A program made the translations under genes and the position numbers. The notes beneath the pieces are model-generated. The model saw only the letters and a program-made list of their open reading frames with translations, searched no databases and was not told the origin of the DNA. Shown here piece by piece: positions 50,729-62,047 of a stretch of DNA of 64,000 bases. The stretch comes from Clostridiales bacterium (GTDB lineage: Bacteria; Bacillota; Clostridia; TANB77; CAG-508). Numbering within the stretch: the first letter of the stretch is position 1; every line of letters starts with the position of its first letter. The stretch is from positions 19,799 to 83,798 of the forward strand of contig SVGD01000005.1 in the NCBI GenBank assembly GCA_015056485.1, in the 5' to 3' direction.

Positions 50729-50959
50729 GAGCTTCACAAAAAAATTATCCAGAATAAACTGGGAAAATAAAAAAATATCTGCAATGCGGAGCAGGAAAAA
50801 ATCCGTAAATTTAAAAAAGAAAGAGAGGAAGAAACTTTCAAAAACGAGTATTGCTAGGAAGATGAGAAAATATTTTTGAGACTATACATTTGTATGTCGA
50901 AAAAATATTTATGAAATCTGACAACGCAAGACGAAGTTTTTCAAAGGTTCGAAGTAAAA
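50729..50959. repeat. 231-nt spacer inside the S10 operon with an imperfect long inverted repeat
   Basis: Arms GAAACTTTCAAAAACGAG... and ...CGAAGTTTTTCAAAGGTTC around centre ATACATTTGTAT. rplW and rplB are normally adjacent. Confidence 0.5.
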
Positions 50960-51787
50960 ATGGGAATAAAACATTTTAGAGCATATACACCATCAAGAAG
51001 AAATATGACTGTTTCTAGCTTTGATGAAATAACAAAAAAGACACCTGAAAAATCTTTATTAGCAAAGAAAAAGAAAAATGCAGGTAGAAACTCATATGGA
51101 AGAATAACAGTTAGACATCAAGGAGGAGGAAACAGACAAAAATATAGAATTATTGATTTTAAACGTAAAAAAGACGATATGAAAGCTACAGTAATCGGTA
51201 TAGAATATGATCCAAACCGTTCAAGTAATATAGCTTTAATCCAATATGAAGATGGAGAAAAAGCATATATATTAGCACCTGTAGGATTAAAAGATGGAGA
51301 TACAGTTGTATCAGGAAAAGATTCTGATATAAGAGTAGGAAATTGTTTACCTATCGAAAATATACCAGTTGGTACTGTAATTCATAATATAGAATTAAAT
51401 CCAGGTCAAGGTGGAAAAATGGTTAGAACAGCCGGAGGAGAAGCTCAACTTATGGCTAAAGAAGGAAAATATGCACACGTAAGACTTCCTTCAGGAGAAA
51501 TGAGATTAGTTTTAGCAAGATGTAGAGCAACAATAGGAACAATAGGAAATGCAGATCATAGCAATATAAAAATAGGTAAAGCTGGAAGAAAAAGACATAT
51601 GGGTATTAGACCAACAGTTAGAGGTTCTGTTATGAACCCAGTAGATCACCCTCATGGTGGTGGTGAAGGTAGAGCACCTGTAGGACATCCAGGACCACTT
51701 ACTCCTTGGGGTAAACCAGCATTAGGATATAAGACAAGAAAGAAAAACAAAGCATCAAACAAATTTATCGTAAAGAGAAGAAAATAA
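50960..51787 (+). CDS. rplB: 50S ribosomal protein L2
   Basis: [17 protein letters not shown]...HPHGGGEGR. Confidence 0.95.
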   Translation: MGIKHFRAYTPSRRNMTVSSFDEITKKTPEKSLLAKKKKNAGRNSYGRITVRHQGGGNRQKYRIIDFKRKKDDMKATVIGIEYDPNRSSNIALIQYEDGEKAYILAPVGLKDGDTVVSGKDSDIRVGNCLPIENIPVGTVIHNIELNPGQGGKMVRTAGGEAQLMAKEGKYAHVRLPSGEMRLVLARCRATIGTIGNADHSNIKIGKAGRKRHMGIRPTVRGSVMNPVDHPHGGGEGRAPVGHPGPLTPWGKPALGYKTRKKNKASNKFIVKRRK

Positions 51788-51804
51788 GAAGGAGGAAATA
51801 AATA

Positions 51805-52083
51805 ATGTCAAGATCAAGTAAGAAAAAACCTTTTGTGCAAGAAAAACTTCTTAAAAGAATAGAAGCTATGAATGCGACAGGTGAAAAAAGTGTTCTAAAA
51901 ACATGGTCAAGAGCATCAACAATTTACCCACAAATGGTAGGACACACAATAGCAGTTCATGATGGAAGAAAACATGTTCCTATTTACATAGCTGAAGAAA
52001 TGATAGGACATAAATTAGGTGAATTTGCTCCAACAAGAACATTTAAAGGTCATGCTGGAGAAAAGAAAAGCTCAGTTAAATAA
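51805..52083 (+). CDS. rpsS: 30S ribosomal protein S19
   Basis: [10 protein letters not shown]...[12 protein letters not shown]. Confidence 0.95.
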   Translation: MSRSSKKKPFVQEKLLKRIEAMNATGEKSVLKTWSRASTIYPQMVGHTIAVHDGRKHVPIYIAEEMIGHKLGEFAPTRTFKGHAGEKKSSVK

Positions 52084-52137
52084 GAAATGAGAATAAATAT
52101 AAGTAAAAAAAGCGAATAATTGAAGGAGGTAAATACA

Positions 52138-52491
52138 ATGCCAGAAGAAACTACAACATTAGAAGCAAAAGCAATTTTAAGATTTGCTAGAATTTCAAGT
52201 AGAAAAGTTAAAATTGTAGCAGATTTAATAAGAGGAAAAAATGTAGATGAAGCTTTAGCAATTGTAAAATTCACACCAAAAGCATCATCAATAATAATTG
52301 AAAAATTATTAAAATCAGCTATTGCAAATGCAGAAAACAATCATGGTATGAATAGAGGTAACTTAGTAATAAGTGAAATTTATGCAACTCAAGGACCTAC
52401 ATTAAAAAGAATAAGACCAGCAGCAAAAGGTTCTGCAAACAGAATTAGAAAAAGAACAAGTCATATAACTATAAAACTAAGAGAAGTTTAA
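52138..52491 (+). CDS. rplV: 50S ribosomal protein L22
   Basis: ATG 52138 after [33 protein letters not shown]. Confidence 0.95.
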   Translation: MPEETTTLEAKAILRFARISSRKVKIVADLIRGKNVDEALAIVKFTPKASSIIIEKLLKSAIANAENNHGMNRGNLVISEIYATQGPTLKRIRPAAKGSANRIRKRTSHITIKLREV

Positions 52492-52508
52492 AAGGAGGAA
52501 AAATAAGC

Positions 52509-53171
52509 ATGGGACAAAAAATGCATCCACATGGATTAAGAGTTGGTGTAATCAAAGATTGGAGTTCAAAATGGTATGCTGATTCTAAAAACTTTGGTGA
52601 TTATTTAGTAGAAGACCACAAAATCCGTGAATATGTTAAGAAAAAATTATTTGTTAGTGGTATTTCAAAAGTTGAAATTGAAAGAACTGCAAAATTTGTA
52701 AAAGTTAATGTATATACTGCAAAACCTGGATTAGTAATAGGTAAAGGCGGAAATTATGCAGAAACATTAAAAAGTGAATTAGTAAAAATGATAGGAAAAG
52801 AAGTAAACTTAAATATAGTTGAAGTTAAAAATGTTGATACAGATGCACAATTAGTTGCAGAAAACATTTGTAACCAACTAGAAAGAAGAATTTCTTTCAG
52901 AAGAGCAATGAAACAATGTATGCAAAAAGCAATGAAATCAGGTGCTTTAGGAATAAAAACTGCAGTATCTGGAAGATTAGGTGGAGCTGATATGGCTAGA
53001 ACAGAATTCTATAAAGAAGGAACAATTCCACTTCAAACTTTAAGAGCAGATATTGATTATGGATTCTATGAAGCAAATACAACTTATGGAAAAATAGGTG
53101 TAAAAGTTTGGATTTATAAAGGAGAGATTCTTCCTACTAAAAATATTAAAACAGAAGGAGGAGAAGAATAA
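52509..53171 (+). CDS. rpsC: 30S ribosomal protein S3
   Basis: [24 protein letters not shown]. Confidence 0.95.
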   Translation: MGQKMHPHGLRVGVIKDWSSKWYADSKNFGDYLVEDHKIREYVKKKLFVSGISKVEIERTAKFVKVNVYTAKPGLVIGKGGNYAETLKSELVKMIGKEVNLNIVEVKNVDTDAQLVAENICNQLERRISFRRAMKQCMQKAMKSGALGIKTAVSGRLGGADMARTEFYKEGTIPLQTLRADIDYGFYEANTTYGKIGVKVWIYKGEILPTKNIKTEGGEE

Positions 53172-53596
53172 TGCCAGTAATGCCAAAAAGAACAAAATAC
53201 AGAAAAATGCAAAAAGGTAGAAATAGAGGAAAAGCTACAAGAGGTAATGTGGTAAATGAAGGAGAATACGGACTTCAAGCTATAGAAGCAGGATTAGTTA
53301 CTGCAAATCAAATTGAATCTGCTCGTATAGCTATGACACGTTATATAAAAAGAGGTGGTAAAGTTTGGATTAAATTATTCCCAAACAAACCAATTAGTAA
53401 GAAACCAGCCGAAACTCGTATGGGTAAAGGTAAAGGTGCTACAGAATATTGGGTAGCAGTTGTTAAACCAGGAAGAGTTATGTTTGAAATAGCTGGAGTT
53501 CCAGAAGAAACAGCTAGAGAAGCATTAAGATTAGCTTCACATAAATTACCTGTAAAAACAAAATTTTTAGCAAGAGATAATAAGGTGGTGGAATAG
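53171..53596 (+). CDS. rplP: 50S ribosomal protein L16
   Basis: [17 protein letters not shown]. Confidence 0.95.
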   Translation: MPVMPKRTKYRKMQKGRNRGKATRGNVVNEGEYGLQAIEAGLVTANQIESARIAMTRYIKRGGKVWIKLFPNKPISKKPAETRMGKGKGATEYWVAVVKPGRVMFEIAGVPEETAREALRLASHKLPVKTKFLARDNKVVE

Positions 53597-53800
53597 ATGA
53601 AGATAAGTAAAATAAGAGAGATGTCTTCACCAGACTTAGAAAAAGAATTAGGCGAATTAAAAACAGAATTGTTTAAATTAAGATTTAGCCTAGCAGCTCA
53701 TGGATTAGAAAATCCAATGAAAATAAAAGAAGTGAAGAAAGATATAGCAAGAATAAATACAGTTCTTAGACAAAGAGAACTAGAAGCAAGTAAAAAATAA
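53597..53800 (+). CDS. rpmC: 50S ribosomal protein L29
   Basis: [25 protein letters not shown]. Confidence 0.95.
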   Translation: MKISKIREMSSPDLEKELGELKTELFKLRFSLAAHGLENPMKIKEVKKDIARINTVLRQRELEASKK

Positions 53801-53810
53801 AAAGTGCGTT

Positions 53811-53893
53811 GTAGGGGTCGACGCCCTACCCCAAGGGCATGTGTTATCTGTAGTTCACTATCGTTCACACAGCTAACCGAACGGCGACCCGTA
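53811..53893. repeat. Long GTAG-headed GC-rich repeat inserted between rpmC and rpsQ
   Basis: GTAGGGGTCGACGCCCTACCCCAAGGGCATGTGTTATCTGTA...CCGAACGGCGACCCGTA. Paralog of 4139..4220. Confidence 0.75.
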
Positions 53894-53933
53894 AAAAATG
53901 CGTAACCTTACAATAAGAAGGAGGAAAATATCA

Positions 53934-54197
53934 ATGGAAGAAAGAAATCTTCGTAAAGTTATGATTGGTACAGTTACATCTAATAAAATGGATAAAACAA
54001 TAGTTGTATCAGTTAAAACAAACGTAAAACATCCAATATATGGTAAAATCGTAAAGAAAACATATAAATTAAAAGCACATGATGAAAACAACGAATGCCA
54101 AATTGGAGATAAAGTAAAAGTAATGGAAACTAGACCACTTTCAAGAGATAAAAGATGGAGATTAGTTGAAATTGTTGAAAAGGCAGACATAAAATAA
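53934..54197 (+). CDS. rpsQ: 30S ribosomal protein S17
   Basis: ATG 53934 after [26 protein letters not shown]. Confidence 0.95.
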   Translation: MEERNLRKVMIGTVTSNKMDKTIVVSVKTNVKHPIYGKIVKKTYKLKAHDENNECQIGDKVKVMETRPLSRDKRWRLVEIVEKADIK

Positions 54198-54318
54198 GAA
54201 AGATAAAATTAGTAACCTATAGTTTATAGGTAAAGGTAATATTCACTAAAAAAATAGTGAATAGTGAATAATATAAAATTTACTATTCGCAAATTTCGAA
54301 TAAGGAGGAAAACTAAAA

Positions 54319-54687
54319 ATGATACAACAACAATCAAGATTAAAAGTTGCAGATAATACTGGAGCAAAAGAACTTATGTGTATCAGATGTTTAGGTGGTT
54401 CACATAGAAAATTTGCAGGTGTTGGAGATGTTATTATTGCATCTGTAAAAAGTGCAATACCAAATGGAGTTGTAAAAAAAGGTGATGTAGTTAAAGCTGT
54501 TATAGTAAGAACTAAGAAACCAATAGGAAGACCAGATGGTTCTTATGTTAGATTTGATGAAAATGCAGCTGTTATAATACGTGATGATGGTAATCCAAAA
54601 GGAACACGTATATTTGGACCTATAGCAAGAGAATTGAGAGATAAAGATTATATGAAGATTTTATCATTAGCCCCAGAAGTATTATAG
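54319..54687 (+). CDS. rplN: 50S ribosomal protein L14
   Basis: [22 protein letters not shown]. Confidence 0.95.
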   Translation: MIQQQSRLKVADNTGAKELMCIRCLGGSHRKFAGVGDVIIASVKSAIPNGVVKKGDVVKAVIVRTKKPIGRPDGSYVRFDENAAVIIRDDGNPKGTRIFGPIARELRDKDYMKILSLAPEVL

Positions 54688-54690
54688 GCG

Positions 54691-54809
54691 ACTAATGAAA
54701 AACGGCATCTTACGTCGTTAAAATTTAAAATAATATCCTCAACGTGCAAGCGCACGCCTCCGGTATTAATTTTAAATTTTGCCTAGTAATCTACCATTTT
54801 TGATTAGTC
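54691..54809 (+). repeat. ~120-nt three-tier hairpin element, copy 2 (inside spc operon)
   Basis: ACTAATGAAAAACGGCATCTTACGTCG...GTGCAAGCGCAC...CCATTTTTGATTAGT. Confidence 0.7.
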
Positions 54810-54848
54810 TAGGCTAAAAGATATAGACCAAATAGAGAGGTGAAATAA

Positions 54849-55157
54849 ATGAAAATTAAAAAAGGTGATACAGTTGAAGTTTTATCTGGAAACGATAAAG
54901 GTAAAAAAGGTGAAGTTTTAGAAACAATGCCAAAAACAGATAAAATAATTGTAAAAGGTATAAATTTAAGAAAAAAACATGTTAAACCAAGAAAACAAGG
55001 TGACGAAGGTGGAATCATTGAAGTTGAATGTAGTATACCAAGTTGCAAAGTAAATGTAGTATGCCCAAAATGTAATGCTGCTACAAAAACAAAAATCGAA
55101 GTTGAAAAAGATGGAAAAGTTCGTATTTGTAAAAAATGTGGAGCTAAAATAAAATAG
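54849..55157 (+). CDS. rplX: 50S ribosomal protein L24 with C-terminal CxxC...CxxC motif
   Basis: MKIKKGDTVEVLSGNDKGKKGEV (KOW). C-terminus CPKCNAATKTKIEVEKDGKVRICKKCG. Confidence 0.9.
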   Translation: MKIKKGDTVEVLSGNDKGKKGEVLETMPKTDKIIVKGINLRKKHVKPRKQGDEGGIIEVECSIPSCKVNVVCPKCNAATKTKIEVEKDGKVRICKKCGAKIK

Positions 55158-55178
55158 AGAGGAGGACTAAAACTAGTT

Positions 55179-55718
55179 ATGGAAACATTACAAGAACAAT
55201 ATAAAAAAGAAGTTATACCTGCATTAATGAAAAAATTTGAATATAAATCAGTTATGCAAGTACCAAAACTAGAAAAAATAGTTATAAATATAGGATTAGG
55301 AGATATTAAAGATAATCCAAAATCATTAGATAATGCAATAAATGATTTAACACTTATAACAGGTCAAAAACCAGTTATAACAAAAGCAAGAAAATCAATT
55401 GCTGCATTTAAATTAAGAGAAGGTTCTAACGTTGGATGTAAAGTTACATTAAGAGCAAATAAAATGTATGATTTTGCTAACAAATTATTTAACTTAGCAC
55501 TTCCTAGAGTTAGAGATTTCAGAGGAGTTTCAAAAAACTCATTTGATGGACATGGAAATTATTCATTAGGAATTAAAGAACAATTAATATTCCCAGAAAT
55601 CGAATATGATAAAATTGATAAATTAAGAGGAATGGATATTATATTTGTTACTACAGCAAATTCAGATGAAGAAGCAAAAGAGTTATTAACATTGCTAGGA
55701 ATGCCTTTTAGAGCATAA
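55179..55718 (+). CDS. rplE: 50S ribosomal protein L5
   Basis: [18 protein letters not shown]. Confidence 0.95.
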   Translation: METLQEQYKKEVIPALMKKFEYKSVMQVPKLEKIVINIGLGDIKDNPKSLDNAINDLTLITGQKPVITKARKSIAAFKLREGSNVGCKVTLRANKMYDFANKLFNLALPRVRDFRGVSKNSFDGHGNYSLGIKEQLIFPEIEYDKIDKLRGMDIIFVTTANSDEEAKELLTLLGMPFRA

Positions 55719-55755
55719 TCTGAATAAAAATGAATAAAAAGGAGGAAACAAATTC

Positions 55756-55941
55756 ATGGCTAAAAAAGCAATGGTTGTTAAACAACAAAAAGAGCAAAAA
55801 TATAAGACTAGAGAATATAATAGATGTAAACTTTGTGGAAGACCACATGGATATATAAGAAAATTTGGAATTTGCCGTATTTGCTTTAGAGAATTAGCTC
55901 ATAAAGGTGAGATACCAGGAGTAAAAAAAGCAAGCTGGTAA
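55756..55941 (+). CDS. rpsN: 30S ribosomal protein S14 type Z (zinc-binding, 61 aa)
   Basis: [23 protein letters not shown]. Confidence 0.95.
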   Translation: MAKKAMVVKQQKEQKYKTREYNRCKLCGRPHGYIRKFGICRICFRELAHKGEIPGVKKASW

Positions 55942-55943
55942 TG

Positions 55944-56067
55944 AAAGAGGTGAGAGGTGAGATGTTAGAGGTGGGAAACCAATTAACATTAAACCTTAGA
56001 TAAAATATTAAGAAGAAGTTAGATGTTTAGTTGAGAGTACAAGTTCTCATTTCTCACATCTCACTTC
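55944..56067. repeat. Heptamer-repeat hairpin inside the spc operon
   Basis: GAGGTGA GAGGTGA GATGTTA GAGGTGG ... TCTCATT TCTCACA TCTCACT. Confidence 0.75.
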
Positions 56068-56096
56068 ATATAAGTGAAAAGGAGGAAAAGATATAA

Positions 56097-56495
56097 ATGA
56101 ACACTACTGATCCAATAGCAGATATGCTAACAAGAATTAGAAATGCAAATAGTGAAAAAATAAAAACTGTAGATATACCTGCATCTAACATGAAAAAATC
56201 TATAGCAGAAATTTTATTTAGTGAAGGATATATCAAATCTTATGAAGAGATAAGTACAGAAAATCAAGGAATTATTAGAATAAGCCTAAAATATACAGAA
56301 AAAGGACAAAAAGTAATTTCTGGATTAAAAAGAATAAGCAAACCAGGATTAAGAATATATGCATCTAAAGATGAATTACCAAAAGTATTAAATGGATTAG
56401 GAATAGCTTTAATATCAACATCAAAAGGTATAGTTACAGATAAAAAAGCAAGAGAATTAGGCGTTGGTGGAGAAGTATTAGCATACATATGGTAA
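56097..56495 (+). CDS. rpsH: 30S ribosomal protein S8
   Basis: [14 protein letters not shown]. Confidence 0.95.
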   Translation: MNTTDPIADMLTRIRNANSEKIKTVDIPASNMKKSIAEILFSEGYIKSYEEISTENQGIIRISLKYTEKGQKVISGLKRISKPGLRIYASKDELPKVLNGLGIALISTSKGIVTDKKARELGVGGEVLAYIW

Positions 56496-56559
56496 TTAAA
56501 CTTGCATAAGCAAGAATTAAGAAATAATAGTATAGAGATATTTTAGAAAGGAGAAAAAT

Positions 56560-57096
56560 ATGTCAAGAATAGGAAATAAACCAATTACAGTTCCAGAAGG
56601 CGTAGAGGTTAAAATAGAAGGTCAAAAAGTTACTGTAAAAGGAACAAAAGGAACATTAGAAAAAGTAATGCATGAAAACATGAAAATAACATTAGAAAAT
56701 AATGTTATAACAGTAACAAGACCAAACGATGAACCTTTAAATAGAAGCTTACATGGATTAACAAGAACATTAATCAACAATATGATTGAAGGTGTTTCTA
56801 AAGAATTCAGTAAAGAATTACAAATAAATGGTGTAGGATATAGAGCATCTAAACAAGGAAAAACTTTAGTACTTAACTTAGGTTATTCACATCCTGTAAA
56901 AATGGATGAACCAGAAGGAATTACTTTTGATGTTCCAAATGCTAACCAAATTATAGTAAGAGGTATAGATAAAGAATTAGTAGGACAAATGGCAGCAGTT
57001 ATAAGAACAAAAAGACCTCCTGAAGTATATAGAGGAAAAGGTATTAAATATGCTGATGAACATATTAGACGTAAAGTAGGTAAAACAGGTAAATAA
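56560..57096 (+). CDS. rplF: 50S ribosomal protein L6
   Basis: [17 protein letters not shown]. Confidence 0.95.
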   Translation: MSRIGNKPITVPEGVEVKIEGQKVTVKGTKGTLEKVMHENMKITLENNVITVTRPNDEPLNRSLHGLTRTLINNMIEGVSKEFSKELQINGVGYRASKQGKTLVLNLGYSHPVKMDEPEGITFDVPNANQIIVRGIDKELVGQMAAVIRTKRPPEVYRGKGIKYADEHIRRKVGKTGK

Positions 57097-57138
57097 AAAA
57101 TGAATAATTAAAAAATATAGAAAGGAGATTATTCTAGA

Positions 57139-57498
57139 ATGATTACTAAAACAAATAGAGATTTAGAAAGAACAAGAAGACATAAAAGAGTTCGTACAAA
57201 AATAAGTGGTACAGCAGAATGTCCAAGACTATGTGTTTATAGAAGTAATGCAAATTTATATGCTCAAATAATTGATGATACTGAAGGTAAAACTTTAGTA
57301 AGTGCTTCTACATTAGATAAAGAAGTAAAAACAAAAAAATCAAATAAAGAAGCTGCAAAAGAAGTTGGTGCTTTAGTAGCAAAAAGAGCTATAGAAAAAA
57401 ATATAAAAACAGTAGTTTATGATAGAGGTGGATACGTTTATCATGGTATTGTAAAAGAATTAGCAGATGCTGCAAGAGAAGCAGGATTAGTATTTTAA
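57139..57498 (+). CDS. rplR: 50S ribosomal protein L18
   Basis: [30 protein letters not shown]. Confidence 0.95.
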   Translation: MITKTNRDLERTRRHKRVRTKISGTAECPRLCVYRSNANLYAQIIDDTEGKTLVSASTLDKEVKTKKSNKEAAKEVGALVAKRAIEKNIKTVVYDRGGYVYHGIVKELADAAREAGLVF

Positions 57499-57538
57499 TA
57501 ATAATATAACATTTTAGAAGGAGGGAAAAGATAACTAA

Positions 57539-58027
57539 ATGGAAGAACAATCAGTAGAATTAAAAGAGAAAGTTGTAGCTATTAACAGAGTTGCAAAAGT
57601 TGTTAAAGGTGGTAGAAATTTCAGATTTAGTGCTGTAGTTGTTGTTGGAGACGAAAATGGTCATGTAGGTATAGGAAATGGAAAAGCAGCTGAAGTTCCA
57701 GATGCTATAAAAAAAGCTATAGAAAATGCTAAGAAAAACTTAATAGAAGTACCTATTGTTGGAACAACAATACCACACGAATATATAGGAACATTTGGTT
57801 CTGCAAGCGTATTATTAAAACCAGGAGCAGAAGGTTCTGGACTTATTGCAGGAGGAAGTGTAAGACCAATATTAGAATTAGCTGGATATAGAGATATAAA
57901 AACAAAAATAATTGGAACAAACAATCCAAGAAATGTTGGTTATGCAACAATAAATGCATTAGAAAATATGGCAACAGCAGAACAAATTGCTAAAAAAAGA
58001 GGAAAAAAAGTTGAAGAAATAGTTTAA
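57539..58027 (+). CDS. rpsE: 30S ribosomal protein S5
   Basis: [27 protein letters not shown]. Confidence 0.95.
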   Translation: MEEQSVELKEKVVAINRVAKVVKGGRNFRFSAVVVVGDENGHVGIGNGKAAEVPDAIKKAIENAKKNLIEVPIVGTTIPHEYIGTFGSASVLLKPGAEGSGLIAGGSVRPILELAGYRDIKTKIIGTNNPRNVGYATINALENMATAEQIAKKRGKKVEEIV

Positions 58028-58082
58028 TTTAAACTTTAGCTATAGAATTCGTAAGATTAATTTTGAAGGAGGGGAAACATAA

Positions 58083-58517
58083 ATGGAATTAGGTAATATA
58101 AAAGCTTCACAAGAAAGAACTGCAAAAAGAAGAGTAGGTCGTGGAACTGGATCTGGTTTAGGAAAAACATCTGGTAGAGGACATAAAGGTCAAAAAGCAA
58201 GATCAGGTGGAGGAGTTAGACGTGGATTCGAAGGAGGTCAAACACCTTTATATAGAAGATTACCAAAAAGAGGATTTAAAAATATAAATTCTAAAACATA
58301 TACAGAAGTAACTTTAACAATGCTTAACAAATCAAAAGCAGAAGAAGTTACAGCTGAATCTTTAATTGCAGAAAGAATAATAAGAAAAGCTAATGACGGA
58401 ATAGTTATATTAGGAACAGGAAGTTTAGATAAAAAATTAACTGTTAAAGCTAATAGATTTACTGCAACAGCAAAAGAAAAAATTGAAGCCGTTGGTGGAA
58501 AAGTAGAGGTGATATAG
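58083..58517 (+). CDS. rplO: 50S ribosomal protein L15 (no rpmD/L30 gene precedes it)
   Basis: [28 protein letters not shown]. Only 55 nt separate it from rpsE. Confidence 0.95.
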   Translation: MELGNIKASQERTAKRRVGRGTGSGLGKTSGRGHKGQKARSGGGVRRGFEGGQTPLYRRLPKRGFKNINSKTYTEVTLTMLNKSKAEEVTAESLIAERIIRKANDGIVILGTGSLDKKLTVKANRFTATAKEKIEAVGGKVEVI

Positions 58518-58518
58518 A

Positions 58519-59856
58519 GTGTTTAAAACAATAAAAAATGCTTTAAAAACTCCAGACATAAGAAAAAGATTAATGTATACATTATTATTAATTGTCATTT
58601 TTAGATTCGGATGTCATATAACTGTACCTGGTGTTGATAGTTTAGCATTAGGGGAACTAGCTAAACAATCAACTCAGAGTATAGCAGGTTTTATAGATTT
58701 AATATCTGGTGGGGCATTTTCAAATTTTTCTATATTTGCAATGTCAATATCACCATATATTACAGCATCAATTGTAATTCAATTATTAGGAATGGTAATT
58801 CCTTCTTTAGAAAAGCTTGTTAAAGAAGGAGGAGAAGAAGGTAAAGCTAAAATAAATAAATATACTAAAATTCTTACTTTAGTTCTTGCTTTAGTAGAAT
58901 CTATAGGAATTTATTTATCATACAGCAATAGCTACTCAGCTTTTGGAGTATTTATAAATCCTGGATTTAAAACAGGAATGTTAGTTGTACTTTCTTTAGT
59001 AGCTGGAACAGCATTTTTAATGTGGCTAGGTGAACAAATTACTAACAAAGGTATAGGTAATGGAATCTCAATGCTTATATTTGTTGGTATAATTGCTTCA
59101 CTTCCAGATGCGTTAAGAACACTTTATGGATTAGTTACAGCAGGAGGATTTAATACAGCAGGATTCTTAATAGCATTAGCAATTCTTGTAGGTGCTTTTG
59201 CACTAGTTGCAGCAGTTGTTTTTGTACAACAAGCTGAAAGAAGAGTTCCTGTTCAATATGCAAAAAAAGTAGTTGGAAGAAAAATGTATGGAGGACAAAA
59301 TACACATATTCCACTAAAATTAGCTATGGCAGGAGTTATACCAGTTATTTTTGCATCATCATTTTTAACATTCCCAGCAATGATTATTTCAATGTTTAAT
59401 GCAAATATAGCTTCAGAAACAGGATTTTGGTCAGTAATATATAAATTCTCAATGGCAACATCAACATCTCAAGGTATTCATTGGGGATATACAATTGCAA
59501 ATGCTATAGTATATTTATTATTGATTTTAGGATTTACATTCTTCTATACATATGCAACATTTAATCCTGCAGAAGTATCAAATAATATAAAGAAAAATGG
59601 AGGATTTATACCAGGAATAAGAGCTGGAAAGCCTACTACTGAATATATATCTTCTATTTTAGGGAAGTTAACTTGGTTTGGAGGTTTATTCCTAAGTGCA
59701 ATAGCTATTCTTCCAATGTTAATGAGATTTACACCTATAGAAGGATTAACTTTTGGAGGAACATCTATACTTATTGTTGTAGGTGTTGCATTAGAAACAA
59801 TACAACAATTAGAATCAAGATTAGTTATGAGACATTATAAAGGATTTTTAGAGTAA
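58519..59856 (+). CDS. secY: Preprotein translocase subunit SecY
   Basis: GTG start. 445 aa, 10 TM. GISPYITASIVIQLL-like ISPYITASIVIQLLG. Confidence 0.95.
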   Translation: MFKTIKNALKTPDIRKRLMYTLLLIVIFRFGCHITVPGVDSLALGELAKQSTQSIAGFIDLISGGAFSNFSIFAMSISPYITASIVIQLLGMVIPSLEKLVKEGGEEGKAKINKYTKILTLVLALVESIGIYLSYSNSYSAFGVFINPGFKTGMLVVLSLVAGTAFLMWLGEQITNKGIGNGISMLIFVGIIASLPDALRTLYGLVTAGGFNTAGFLIALAILVGAFALVAAVVFVQQAERRVPVQYAKKVVGRKMYGGQNTHIPLKLAMAGVIPVIFASSFLTFPAMIISMFNANIASETGFWSVIYKFSMATSTSQGIHWGYTIANAIVYLLLILGFTFFYTYATFNPAEVSNNIKKNGGFIPGIRAGKPTTEYISSILGKLTWFGGLFLSAIAILPMLMRFTPIEGLTFGGTSILIVVGVALETIQQLESRLVMRHYKGFLE

Positions 59857-59978
59857 AACGAATGAAAAGCGGTGTCTTGCACATTTTGAATTGCAACAAA
59901 AATTTTTCGATGTATAAACATACACCTGCAAATTTTATGTTGCATTCAAAATGCACAATATACCACTTTTGCTTCGTT
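59856..59978 (+). repeat. ~120-nt three-tier hairpin element, copy 3
   Basis: AAACGAATGAAAAGCGGTGTCTTGCAC...GTATAAACATAC...CCACTTTTGCTTCGTTT. The middle-tier sequence differs from copies 1 and 2 but still pairs. Confidence 0.7.
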
Positions 59979-60000
59979 TTTTATTAATGTAAACAAGAAA

Positions 60001-60068
60001 GTAGGGGTCGCCGCCCTCGGCGACCCGAAAAACAAATTAAACGGGTCGCCGAGGGCGGCGACCCCTAC
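60001..60068. repeat. REP doublet between secY and adk
   Basis: GTAGGGGTCGCCGCCCTCGGCGACCC, 16 nt, GGGTCGCCGAGGGCGGCGACCCCTAC. Confidence 0.8.
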
Positions 60069-60116
60069 AAATGTAAAAATAGAACAGTAGGTTTTATTTC
60101 ATAAGGAGGAAAAAAT

Positions 60117-60761
60117 ATGTATATAGTACTATTAGGAGCACCAGGTAGTGGAAAAGGTACAGCAGGAAAAGTTTTAGCTGAAGATTTAAAATTAGCGCAT
60201 ATATCAACAGGAGATATATTTAGAGAAAATTTAAAAAATGAAACAGAATTAGGTAAAGAAGCTAAAGTTTATATGGACAAAGGTGAATTAGTTCCAGACG
60301 AAGTTACAATAAAAATGATTGAAAAAAGATTACAAGAAGACGATGTAAAAAATGGAGCAATTTTAGATGGATTCCCAAGAACAAAAGCTCAAGCAGAAAG
60401 CTTATCTAACATGATTAAAGTTGATATGGCATTAAATATAGATGTTGACTTTGATGAAATTGTTAGTAGAATTGCAAATAGAAGAAGCTGTAGAGGATGT
60501 AGTGAAATATATAATGTAGTATTTAGTCCTTCAAAAGTAGAAGGAGTATGTGACAAATGTGGTGGAGAACTATATCAAAGAGAAGACCAAAAACCAGAAG
60601 TAGTAGAGAACAGATTAAAAGTATATAGTGAATCAGCACAAGAATTAATAAATTATTATGAAAACTCAGGAATACTTTATAATGCAAAAGCAGGAGATAA
60701 AGTTGGAAAAACAACATACGATGTTGTAAAAGAAGTTGAAGAATACTTAAAAAATAATTAA
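60117..60761 (+). CDS. adk: Adenylate kinase (zinc-lid type)
   Basis: LLGAPGSGKGT P-loop. Lid CRGC...CDKCG. Confidence 0.95.
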   Translation: MYIVLLGAPGSGKGTAGKVLAEDLKLAHISTGDIFRENLKNETELGKEAKVYMDKGELVPDEVTIKMIEKRLQEDDVKNGAILDGFPRTKAQAESLSNMIKVDMALNIDVDFDEIVSRIANRRSCRGCSEIYNVVFSPSKVEGVCDKCGGELYQREDQKPEVVENRLKVYSESAQELINYYENSGILYNAKAGDKVGKTTYDVVKEVEEYLKNN

Positions 60762-60773
60762 ATTAAAAACAAT

Positions 60774-60837
60774 GTAGGGGCTGGTCTTGACCAGACCGAA
60801 TATAAGGATAAACGGGTCGGTCAAGACCGACCCCTAC
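60774..60837. repeat. REP doublet between adk and map
   Basis: GTAGGGGCTGGTCTTGACCAGACC, 17 nt, GGTCGGTCAAGACCGACCCCTAC. Close relative of 5513..5561. Confidence 0.8.
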
Positions 60838-60862
60838 AAATAATATATGAGGAAATATAAAC

Positions 60863-61633
60863 ATGGTTACAATCAAATCAAAAAGAGAAATTGAATTAAT
60901 GAAAGAAGCTTGCAGAGTGGCGGCATTAGCGCAAAAAGCAATAGAACAAGCTATAAAACCAGGAATTAGCACATATGAACTAGATATGATTGCAGAAAAA
61001 GTTATTAGAGATAACGGAGGAATTCCAGCAGAAAAAGGTTATCCTAGTGGAGAAAAAGGGATTCCAGATTTTCCAGGTTCCATATGTTCATCAGTAAATG
61101 ATGAAGTAATACATGGAATTCCATCAAAAAAAGTTATCTTAAAAACAGGAGATATAGTTAGTATTGATTTAGTAGCATACAAAGATGGTTTTAATGGGGA
61201 TTGTGCAAGGACATATGTTGTAGGCGATGTACCAGCTCAAACAAAAAGATTAATAGAAGTAACAAAACAAGCTTTTTTTGAGGGCTTGAAATATGCAAAA
61301 AAAGGTTACAGAATAGGAGATATATCTAATGCAATTGGAGAATTTGTAAATAAAAATGGTTATTCAGTAGTAAAAGAATTCCAAGGACATGGAATTGGAA
61401 GACAAATGCACGAAGAACCAGGGATACCTAATTATGGTAAAGCAGGACGAGGAATAAGGCTTGAACCAGGGATGACATTAGCTATTGAACCTATGGTTAT
61501 AATGGGAAATTCAGATATATTACAATTAGATGATGGGTGGACAATAGTATCAAGAGATGGTAGTTTAGCTGCACATTATGAAAATACAATTTTAATTACA
61601 GAAAAAGAACCAGAAGTATTGACAACATGTTAG
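60863..61633 (+). CDS. map: Methionine aminopeptidase type I
   Basis: SKREIELMKEACRV...HGIGRQMHEEP. Confidence 0.95.
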   Translation: MVTIKSKREIELMKEACRVAALAQKAIEQAIKPGISTYELDMIAEKVIRDNGGIPAEKGYPSGEKGIPDFPGSICSSVNDEVIHGIPSKKVILKTGDIVSIDLVAYKDGFNGDCARTYVVGDVPAQTKRLIEVTKQAFFEGLKYAKKGYRIGDISNAIGEFVNKNGYSVVKEFQGHGIGRQMHEEPGIPNYGKAGRGIRLEPGMTLAIEPMVIMGNSDILQLDDGWTIVSRDGSLAAHYENTILITEKEPEVLTTC

Positions 61634-61684
61634 GTATACTGTATAATATATTAGTTATTTTTAGTTTTATTAGGAGGTAATAAC

Positions 61685-61903
61685 TTGGCAAAGGAAGATG
61701 TAATAGAAGTTGAAGGTACAGTAATAGAAGCTTTACCTAATACAAATTTTAAAGTTGAACTAGAAAATGGACATCAAGTATTAGCACATATTTCAGGAAA
61801 ACTTAGAATGAATTATATAAAAATACTTCCAGGAGACAAAGTGAAATTAGAACTATCTCCATATGACTTGACAAGAGGACGTATTACTTGGAGAGCTAAA
61901 TAA
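61685..61903 (+). CDS. infA: Translation initiation factor IF-1
   Basis: TTG start. [40 protein letters not shown]. Confidence 0.95.
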   Translation: MAKEDVIEVEGTVIEALPNTNFKVELENGHQVLAHISGKLRMNYIKILPGDKVKLELSPYDLTRGRITWRAK

Positions 61904-61933
61904 AAGATAATGAATAAAACAGAGGTGAAAAAA

Positions 61934-62047
61934 ATGAAAGTAAGACCATCAGTTAAAAAAATGTGTGAAAAATGTAAAGTAATAAAAAGAAAAGGTATTA
62001 CTAGGGTTATTTGTGAAAATCCAAAACACAAACAAAGACAAGGTTAA
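61934..62047 (+). CDS. rpmJ: 50S ribosomal protein L36 (not in ORF track)
   Basis: [47 protein letters not shown]. Confidence 0.95.
   Translation: MKVRPSVKKMCEKCKVIKRKGITRVICENPKHKQRQG

Noticed and set aside
50784-50879. 31-aa basic ORF (MRSRKKSVNLKKKERKK...) in the rplW-rplB spacer
   Set aside because: It has no Shine-Dalgarno sequence, it lies within the inverted-repeat element, and its composition is typical of a chance ORF in A-rich sequence.
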